In this document: one piece after another, positions 57,897 through 64,000 of the stretch
Numbering within the stretch: the first letter of the stretch is position 1
How the letters are laid out: each line of letters begins with the position of its first letter
From: Escherichia phage vB_EcoM_NBG2
DNA length: 64,000 bases
Direction: 5' to 3' (one strand)
Sequence record: NC_054925.1
Notes under the pieces: generated by a model
Told to the model about the DNA's origin: nothing
Databases searched by the model: none
The model's input: only the letters and a program-made list of their open reading frames with translations
Made by a program: the position numbers and the translations under genes

Positions 57897-59353
57897 AAAC
57901 CAGTTACCTCATGAAAATCACCAAATACATCCTCGAATGTATTAGCTTTAGTTTTATCTTCACGTAAACGAATCGCAATTGGAAGAAATAATTTAACGTA
58001 ATCAGTGCGACCATCAGATTTTAACCAACCATTGCATTCGCACTCTAGAATTTTTCCAATATAATAATTTTGGTTTTCCATAATGCGAGTACGGTCAAGT
58101 TCATGTGATTTTACACCGGCTTTATCTTTTAAGCCTGAACCAGCATTTACTTTAATTTTTCCACACTCTGATTCAAGAATAAATCCACCCGCTTTAGTAG
58201 GGTCTTTACGGTGAGGATAAATTCCTACAATTTTTAAATCAACATCAATTACTTCTTTAAATTTATAGAGATTTTTTGAACGAGCATTTTCCCACAATCC
58301 ATCGGTATTTTTGAGAATAATACCTTCAAGACCTTGGTCAATATATTTTTTATAAATTACCTTAGCTTCATCTAGGTTATTTACTACTTGGTTTTCAATT
58401 AAAATTACTTTATCATATCCTGATGTCATTTGTTCTAGTTTAGAAAAACGTACATCATATTTTAAACGAAACGCCGGAAGACCGTATATTTCTACCAACG
58501 GAACATAATCCCAGACCTGAAACTTCATACATTGGGCTTCTTTTTCTGAAATAGTTCCCTTTAAAGATTTATTAGCGATTCCATTAGAAGCAGTACGAGA
58601 TTCAGCTACTTCTGTGAAGTCTTTAGCTTTGCTAATTTCAGGAGTGTCAAAAAGAAAATCTAGGCCTTCTGGTTCCTTTTTAACTTGCTCATGGTATACC
58701 AATTCGCCATCAATTAACACACCTTCTGGATGAATCTGGCGGGCTTCAGCGGTCATTTTGATTAACTCTTCCTTAAGAAGATCTAATCCTAGATATTCAT
58801 TACCAGCTCGTGATAAAAGACGAACATCATCTAATTCATCTCCTCTGACTTCAGCAAAACACCGGGCTCCATCTGCTTTTAACTGCGCAAAAGCTGGAAA
58901 TTTGATATTCTTACTAATGCCTTTTTCATCATAAGAACTTGCAAGCATTTGAGGTTGTTCAGGAATTAAACCTGGCCAAACTTTGTTTGCAATAGATACT
59001 GAAGCACCGCATTCAAGGTCTCGCATCATAACTCGGCGCAAAACTTCAACATCATCCTTTTTACCATCGGTGATATATCCAGTTAATTCCTCAATTGCTG
59101 CATTTCCAGTCAATTTCCGAGTAGCTAACGTAAATTCAATAAAGTCAAGCATATCGGTAATGGTCAGCATTCCAAAACTCTGGGTAGCAATACCAGGCTT
59201 AGGCCATTTCTTGATATAATACTGTAACCCACGAGAATAAGTCAGACGATATACTCGTTTAAGCAATTCATTATCTTTATTCTTTTCAAGAATTGCTTGC
59301 TTCTGCTTAGTTGATCCAATAGATGCTATTTCATTCAGAATTTTAAGAATCAT
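57893..59353 (-). CDS. 30: ATP-dependent DNA ligase, 486 aa
   Basis: Adenylation motif I KADGARC; size and position match T4 gp30. Confidence 0.9.
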   Translation of the reverse strand: MILKILNEIASIGSTKQKQAILEKNKDNELLKRVYRLTYSRGLQYYIKKWPKPGIATQSFGMLTITDMLDFIEFTLATRKLTGNAAIEELTGYITDGKKDDVEVLRRVMMRDLECGASVSIANKVWPGLIPEQPQMLASSYDEKGISKNIKFPAFAQLKADGARCFAEVRGDELDDVRLLSRAGNEYLGLDLLKEELIKMTAEARQIHPEGVLIDGELVYHEQVKKEPEGLDFLFDTPEISKAKDFTEVAESRTASNGIANKSLKGTISEKEAQCMKFQVWDYVPLVEIYGLPAFRLKYDVRFSKLEQMTSGYDKVILIENQVVNNLDEAKVIYKKYIDQGLEGIILKNTDGLWENARSKNLYKFKEVIDVDLKIVGIYPHRKDPTKAGGFILESECGKIKVNAGSGLKDKAGVKSHELDRTRIMENQNYYIGKILECECNGWLKSDGRTDYVKLFLPIAIRLREDKTKANTFEDVFGDFHEVTGL

Positions 59354-59619
59354 TGTTCATCCTTCAGAGTTTGATTTACATCTCTATTATAAATCAATTC
59401 ATCATTAAGCTCAGGCAAAGACTTATGATATGTAGTTCTAACTTTATTTCCTTGCATCCAGTGCTTGACGTAAATGAAACCTTGCTCTACACATTTTTTA
59501 AAAATTCGTTCGTCTTTTTGAGCACGGAATTCTGGATTGCATCTAAAAAATTGATTTACGTGACCGTAATCACGTGTAGTATTACCTTCATTTTCATAAA
59601 TAGTATGAACAACAAACAT
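59350..59619 (-). CDS. hypothetical protein, 89 aa
   Basis: Complete ORF, translationally coupled to neighbours. Confidence 0.5.
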   Translation of the reverse strand: MFVVHTIYENEGNTTRDYGHVNQFFRCNPEFRAQKDERIFKKCVEQGFIYVKHWMQGNKVRTTYHKSLPELNDELIYNRDVNQTLKDEQ

Positions 59620-60464
59620 TAGAATGCTCCTTGAAAAATATTATCACCACTAGTAGGTCTATTATACAAATACTCTATGCCACCAGGTTTAATATAGTTC
59701 CATGTCTGAAACGGATATGTCTGATATGGATAATATGGATGATATAGATTATAAGGATTAAATCCAGGCGTTCTCCAGGTAGTGTTCCAAGGAAAAGAAT
59801 CGTTTTTAACCATCTTCTCAATTACATCTTTTATAGCTTTTTCACTATCAAAATTTTCTTTATTTTCCTTCGGTGAAAAAAGCTTATTTTCTACATCATT
59901 CCATGTATAAACTCGCTGAGCAGTTTTTGGAATATTGTCACGTTCTCCTCGAGCCATCCAATAAACCGGAACATTTAATATTTCACTCGCGTGGTCGCAG
60001 TGGTGAGCGAGATCGTCAATATAACAAATTACGTTATATTTCTCTTTTGCCTTTTTAAACAACTCTTCTTTTGAAGAATCATGACCACACATCATTACTT
60101 CTGAGAAGGCACCAGGAAAAAGAGCATTCAAATTAAATTGACGATTTAATAGAGCATCAATAGAATCACCCAATGCTGTAACAGCTACAAAATTATAATC
60201 TTCTTTTAATTTGTTAATTACACACAGGGCATCTTTATACGGAGACAAGTAACGAATAAAATCTGAACGATTGTATTTTTCAATTAACTTGACGCCAAGT
60301 TCTTCGTCACAATTAAAGAGTTTACCTGGAGAAATAAATTTCTCATCTTGGATCATTTTTAAAATATGTTCTAATGGAAGATTATATTTCTGAGCAAAAT
60401 AAGGAAGGCCTGATTGCCAGCTTAAACATACTCCATCAATATCAGTCAAAATAGTTGGCTTCAT
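59619..60464 (-). CDS. HAD-superfamily hydrolase-like protein, 281 aa
   Basis: N-terminal DIDGV motif I; later S/T and K...DD motifs. Confidence 0.55.
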   Translation of the reverse strand: MKPTILTDIDGVCLSWQSGLPYFAQKYNLPLEHILKMIQDEKFISPGKLFNCDEELGVKLIEKYNRSDFIRYLSPYKDALCVINKLKEDYNFVAVTALGDSIDALLNRQFNLNALFPGAFSEVMMCGHDSSKEELFKKAKEKYNVICYIDDLAHHCDHASEILNVPVYWMARGERDNIPKTAQRVYTWNDVENKLFSPKENKENFDSEKAIKDVIEKMVKNDSFPWNTTWRTPGFNPYNLYHPYYPYQTYPFQTWNYIKPGGIEYLYNRPTSGDNIFQGAF

Positions 60465-60925
60465 AGAGAGTCTCTTAATAGGTTTAACACATCAATAAAT
60501 TCAGCTTCGGTTAGTATTGTATCATCTTTTGTTAGACCACTAGCCATGCTGTGCTTCAAAACTTTTCCTTTCGAGGCTTGTAATGCATCACGAAAGCCCC
60601 TGTTTTGGATCGCTGCTTCAAAATATGCATTTGTGTATAATTCTTTCCATGCTTCGGAATATCTTGAAAACGGAGTTCCAAGCCAGAACAACGTGCCACG
60701 GTCCTGAGCTCTTGCATAAGCTCGTCCAGCTTTTTGCGCATCCAACCCGGACATCCCAAATATGCGTCTTTGCTGTTCAACATTTTTCACCTTACACCCT
60801 TGGAGGAATCCTTCGAGACCTCCAAATTGGATACCATCCATAACGAAAGGCCATTGGGCGAAATTGCTTAATGCACATGATGGCCATCTAAAATTGCTTC
60901 TTATCTCTAGCTCAGACATTTTCAA
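60461..60925 (-). CDS. NADAR / YbiA-like (DUF1768) protein, 154 aa
   Basis: Core LSNFAQWP...DG...EGFLQGCK matches the YbiA FSNFxxWP...DG...EHYFQAQK pattern as I recall it. Confidence 0.55.
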   Translation of the reverse strand: MKMSELEIRSNFRWPSCALSNFAQWPFVMDGIQFGGLEGFLQGCKVKNVEQQRRIFGMSGLDAQKAGRAYARAQDRGTLFWLGTPFSRYSEAWKELYTNAYFEAAIQNRGFRDALQASKGKVLKHSMASGLTKDDTILTEAEFIDVLNLLRDSL

Positions 60926-61118
60926 TACTTATAATTTCAACATCAGCCCAATGACCATAGCAAGGAAGACGAAATTCAACTGGCCAGTTAGGGTCCTTTT
61001 CTAATATAATAGACTTAACTTGTGGTTCTTCATGTTCATCGGTATACGGACCTTTATACGTTACTTTATATGTGACCTTAATGTACTGAATTCCAAAAAT
61101 CTTATTAATTATATTCAT
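60912..61118 (-). CDS. hypothetical protein, 68 aa
   Basis: Complete ORF in a chain of overlapping small genes. Confidence 0.4.
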   Translation of the reverse strand: MNIINKIFGIQYIKVTYKVTYKGPYTDEHEEPQVKSIILEKDPNWPVEFRLPCYGHWADVEIISIENV

Positions 61119-61312
61119 ACTAATTCCTTTAATCCATAGATAGGAGATAATTCATCACCCATACGAAGGTCTTCATTTCCATCTACCCAGGAAACAATAT
61201 AAGCCTCTTTTATTTGAACGTCTCTCCATTTAAATGCAGGCAAAACCTTAGAAATTAATCCAGGTATACCGACTCCCTTTAATTCAACAGTTTGACCCAA
61301 AAAGAATTTCAT
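61115..61312 (-). CDS. hypothetical protein, 65 aa
   Basis: Complete ORF in a chain of overlapping small genes. Confidence 0.4.
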   Translation of the reverse strand: MKFFLGQTVELKGVGIPGLISKVLPAFKWRDVQIKEAYIVSWVDGNEDLRMGDELSPIYGLKELV

Positions 61313-61599
61313 TAGAACCTCATCTGAAATCCGTGCGATTTAACATTACCACCACCAATGTCAGAAATATTAATTTCACTCGCAATTGAAGGGTCAATGT
61401 CAATTTCACGATTGAGTTTAATGATTGCTAGAGTATCACGTCCATTTACAGTACGGAACTCTAAAGGACATACTACATTAACGTAGTTTTTAATCGATTC
61501 ACTGGTAGGCTGCAAATGAGCAGGAAGGTCTTTAGGCGCCTTAGAGAAAACCACTTCACAGAAATTTTTGCGGGTATCAAAATAAGTAGTCATAAACAT
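61312..61599 (-). CDS. hypothetical protein, 95 aa (start moved to internal Met)
   Basis: Track ORF 61312..61650 runs through a stem-loop; ATG at 61599 has a GAGGAAA RBS. Confidence 0.45.
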   Translation of the reverse strand: MFMTTYFDTRKNFCEVVFSKAPKDLPAHLQPTSESIKNYVNVVCPLEFRTVNGRDTLAIIKLNREIDIDPSIASEINISDIGGGNVKSHGFQMRF

Positions 61600-61616
61600 A
61601 GTATTTTCCTCAGTAA

Positions 61617-61630
61617 GGGGCCGAAGCCCC
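61617..61630 (-). terminator. stem-loop GGGGC-UUCG-GCCCC on minus transcript after the 61640..62017 gene
   Basis: Same hairpin sequence as at 114 and 40191. Confidence 0.4.
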
Positions 61631-61639
61631 TGTTTTATT

Positions 61640-62017
61640 TTAAATATCAAATTCGTTAAGAACTACATCAAAGATTGCTTCAAGATGCTCAGGTTTAGCT
61701 CTGTTACTCAGAATATGACGAATCCAAGTTTTAACCAGAAGCTTACGATTGACGCCATTCCAACAAGGATGAGTCCCTAAATCACGTTGACGAAAATCAT
61801 CATCCAGAGCGATTTTAAAAGAAGAACCTTCTTTCGTGATTGAAACCGTAATGCCATTTTCAAATCGCATATAAACGTAGTTAGGAGTCATATACTGTTC
61901 AATTTCGCATACTGATCCATTTTGATGTTTCCAAAGGCAAATAGTATCAATAGAACCTGCAATACCGTTAGAAACATATTTACGTTCAAAGTTAATGTAG
62001 TTCATTTTATTCTCCAA
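61640..62017 (-). CDS. hypothetical protein, 125 aa
   Basis: Complete ORF. Confidence 0.5.
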   Translation of the reverse strand: MENKMNYINFERKYVSNGIAGSIDTICLWKHQNGSVCEIEQYMTPNYVYMRFENGITVSITKEGSSFKIALDDDFRQRDLGTHPCWNGVNRKLLVKTWIRHILSNRAKPEHLEAIFDVVLNEFDI

Positions 62018-62072
62018 GATGTTTAATTGCGGTACAGGTATATAATATCATATCCTGTACCAAAGTAAACAA

Positions 62073-62405
62073 TTATTTTACTAATTTCCAATGCTTCATG
62101 TCAAGTTTGCCAACTTTTTTCATCTTCTCAATTAAGCGTTCGGCACGCTGGCGAGCTGTAACATAATACCATTCACCCAATTCATTTTGTTCAATTTTTC
62201 CAACGATTACTGTATTCAATTCATAAATCCAACCAGTAAAGAAATTATGAACTTGAATTGTAAAGGTGAAATCTGTTCCCATACCTTCTGTTGTTTCTAC
62301 TTCAACAATATCACCTTCAACTGCCATTAAGAACCACATAGTTTCATCATATTTACCATTGAAGCATTTAGTTTTAACTGCAGCGTTCAGATTAATCGTT
62401 TTCAT
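62073..62405 (-). CDS. hypothetical protein, 110 aa
   Basis: AAGGAG RBS; early-type promoter upstream. Confidence 0.5.
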   Translation of the reverse strand: MKTINLNAAVKTKCFNGKYDETMWFLMAVEGDIVEVETTEGMGTDFTFTIQVHNFFTGWIYELNTVIVGKIEQNELGEWYYVTARQRAERLIEKMKKVGKLDMKHWKLVK

Positions 62406-62432
62406 TTTATTCTCCTTTGTTTGTGTAAGATA

Positions 62433-62462
62433 ATACTATCACAAAGGAACCATACTGTAAAC
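62433..62462 (-). promoter_or_regulatory. T4 early-type promoter (GTTTAC-N18-TAGTAT) on minus strand
   Basis: Plus strand gtaaac 62457-62462 within the recurring tgtaaacaactttgtg cassette. Confidence 0.4.
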
Positions 62463-62483
62463 AACTTTGTGCAATCTTTGGAA

Positions 62484-62510
62484 AATAAAAAAGGACTCCC
62501 GAAGGAGTCC
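62484..62510 (-). terminator. intrinsic terminator (GGACUCC-UUCG-GGAGUCC plus U6) on minus strand
   Basis: 7-bp stem with UUCG loop followed by a run of T on the minus strand. Confidence 0.65.
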
Positions 62511-62515
62511 TCAAC

Positions 62516-62692
62516 TTATGCTTTCTGCTTACCAAAACGAGAAGCATCATCTCGAAGAACCGCACGTGCTCGGCGCATGATCTTCTCAACAGTTTGATTG
62601 ATACGAGAGTTCGACCCACGCTTGTAACCAGCGCGTTTAGAATCACCAACTTTCTTTTCAACTGCTTTCTTTGCTTTAGCTTGTTTTGCCAT
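62516..62692 (-). CDS. small basic protein, 58 aa (start moved to internal Met)
   Basis: Lys/Arg-rich MAKQAKAKKAVEKK...; ATG at 62692. Confidence 0.4.
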   Translation of the reverse strand: MAKQAKAKKAVEKKVGDSKRAGYKRGSNSRINQTVEKIMRRARAVLRDDASRFGKQKA

Positions 62693-63089
62693 TATAAATT
62701 CTCTTTTAAATGAAAATGCAGGACTTATTGGCATTGCCTGCGCAAGCCCTCAAGGGGAACATAGGTTTTGTATATTTACCGACAGGATAACCATAAACCT
62801 CGTCAACATACCTTATAGCTCTTATCTGTTGCACACCGTTAGCTTAAAGGTTCCGGGTTCGATTTCTCGAGGATAAGATATATACTGATGGATATATAGG
62901 CCTTGAGGCGTACTCCCGATTGGCCATCACCTCGGGGTAGCATGCACTTGCCGCTATAAGAATAACATTCAAGAGGTACACCATAAAACTGCCGGGGTCT
63001 TAAAACTATAATGATTCGCAAATCATTAATCAGACAGTTCGATGGCTCCTCGATTTTAGCTCACACTAAGGCAGTGAATCTCCAATAAA

Positions 63090-63338
63090 TTACTTCAGTG
63101 TTACCACAAAGTGACGAACTGCTTTTCGTGCGGCAGAAGCCAGAGGCTTAGCATATTTAAGTTCATCTTTTTCCTGGAGCTCAGCAGCTAATGCAGTTTG
63201 AGCAGGATTCAGATGTTTGAAATAACGCAGGATTTCAAGAGCTTCGGCTTCAACATCAATAGATGCGCCATAGTTTTCGTGACCATTATTCCATGCGTTT
63301 CGTTGCAGTTCAAGAGCGTGTTGTAATTGTTTAATCAT
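63090..63338 (-). CDS. rIII: lysis inhibition accessory protein rIII, 82 aa
   Basis: Size and position beside gene 31 as in T4. Confidence 0.7.
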   Translation of the reverse strand: MIKQLQHALELQRNAWNNGHENYGASIDVEAEALEILRYFKHLNPAQTALAAELQEKDELKYAKPLASAARKAVRHFVVTLK

Positions 63339-63485
63339 TTAAAAATTCTCGTTAGAGATTAAAACTCGGTAGTCACGTTCTTCTGAATTTCATCTTCTTT
63401 CGACAGATCTCTCAGTTGTAGACTACCACGTAGAATTGTTCGGTTAACTTATTATTCCGACACCCAATTCATATTATTATTTATA

Positions 63486-63821
63486 TCACTTATAAAGACA
63501 CGGAATAGCTTTATAATGACATGTTACGAATTTTTGTTTAATTTCTTTTGGCTGCTTAAGACCCAGAGCTACAAAAGGATGCGGAACGTTTCGAATTTGA
63601 CCAACTGGAAGAGAAGTCAAATCACCAACTTCGCAGAAACCTTCAGGAACATCAGGACCAACAGAGTGAACTACACACAGTTCAGGAACTTCACCTTGAA
63701 CACGTTTACCGATAATAAGTCCTGATTCTGTAACTTCTTCATCACCGGCTTGCGCAGGTTCAGAAACTAAAATAACATATTCACCGACAGCACGAATTGG
63801 TAGCTGTTGTACTTCAGACAT
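63486..63821 (-). CDS. 31: GroES-like co-chaperonin for capsid protein folding, 111 aa
   Basis: Recognised by sequence and length. Confidence 0.85.
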
Positions 63822-63878
63822 CGTTTTTCCTTTTTGTTAACAGATGAATTAATAATAACAAATAATTCTTAAAGCATT

Positions 63879-64000
63879 TATTTACCAATAAATTGAAGCA
63901 AATGCTCAACTTTCATACCATTAACGGAAATCAATTTGTCAATAGAAAAACCTCGCCATGCACCAAGCTCAACATCAAATACTGGAATCATATCAGTAGA
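63879..64000 (-). CDS. hypothetical protein, C-terminal fragment; gene starts beyond window end
   Basis: Open frame on minus strand ending at a TAA at 63879-63881. Confidence 0.25.

Noticed and set aside
62851-62872. GGTTCGATT motif resembling a tRNA T-loop on the plus strand
   Set aside because: Flanking bases do not form a T-stem and no acceptor, D or anticodon arms can be built.
62839-63021. Minus-strand 60-aa ORF in the rIII-proximal intergenic region
   Set aside because: No RBS, implausible composition; treated as non-coding (see finding on 62693-63089).

Overview
This window reads as one contiguous segment of a T4-like (T-even type) myophage genome; it is not T4 itself. All calls rest on reading the ORF translations, recognising T4 protein families, sizes and gene order from memory, and motifs and hairpins read directly in the DNA. 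No database search or tRNA-prediction program was run. Layout: (1) 1-4600, a minus-strand accessory region with small unknown ORFs, a capsid-targeting-sequence (CTS) internal-protein-like gene, a cluster of 10 tRNA genes and an ipI-like gene; (2) 4610-7995, minus-strand genes 57B, 57A, 1, 3, 2, 4; (3) 8043-38597, the plus-strand late structural module (53, 5, 5.1, 5.4, 6-12, wac, 13-24) with one HNH endonuclease ORF between genes 18 and 19; (4) 38627-42319, minus-strand rnlB, two small ORFs, hoc, inh; (5) segD, uvsW, uvsW.1 on plus, then uvsY and baseplate genes 25, 26 on minus; (6) 46882-53121, plus-strand 51, 27, 28, 29, 48, 54; (7) 53150-64000, minus-strand region with two tandem Alt-family ADP-ribosyltransferase genes, DNA ligase (30), a HAD-like and a NADAR/YbiA-like gene, a run of small unknown ORFs, rIII and gene 31. 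Main departures from T4 as I remember it: tRNA-Tyr and tRNA-Asn in the tRNA cluster, a late-promoter-driven CTS-bearing ORF beyond the tRNA cluster, a Hoc protein with one extra Ig-like domain from a 288-bp tandem duplication, and two full-length alt paralogs. No CRISPR array, rRNA or integrase was seen. The most promising candidates for an undescribed function are the injected-protein/anti-defence loci (CTS proteins, the second Alt paralog) and the NADAR-like gene.
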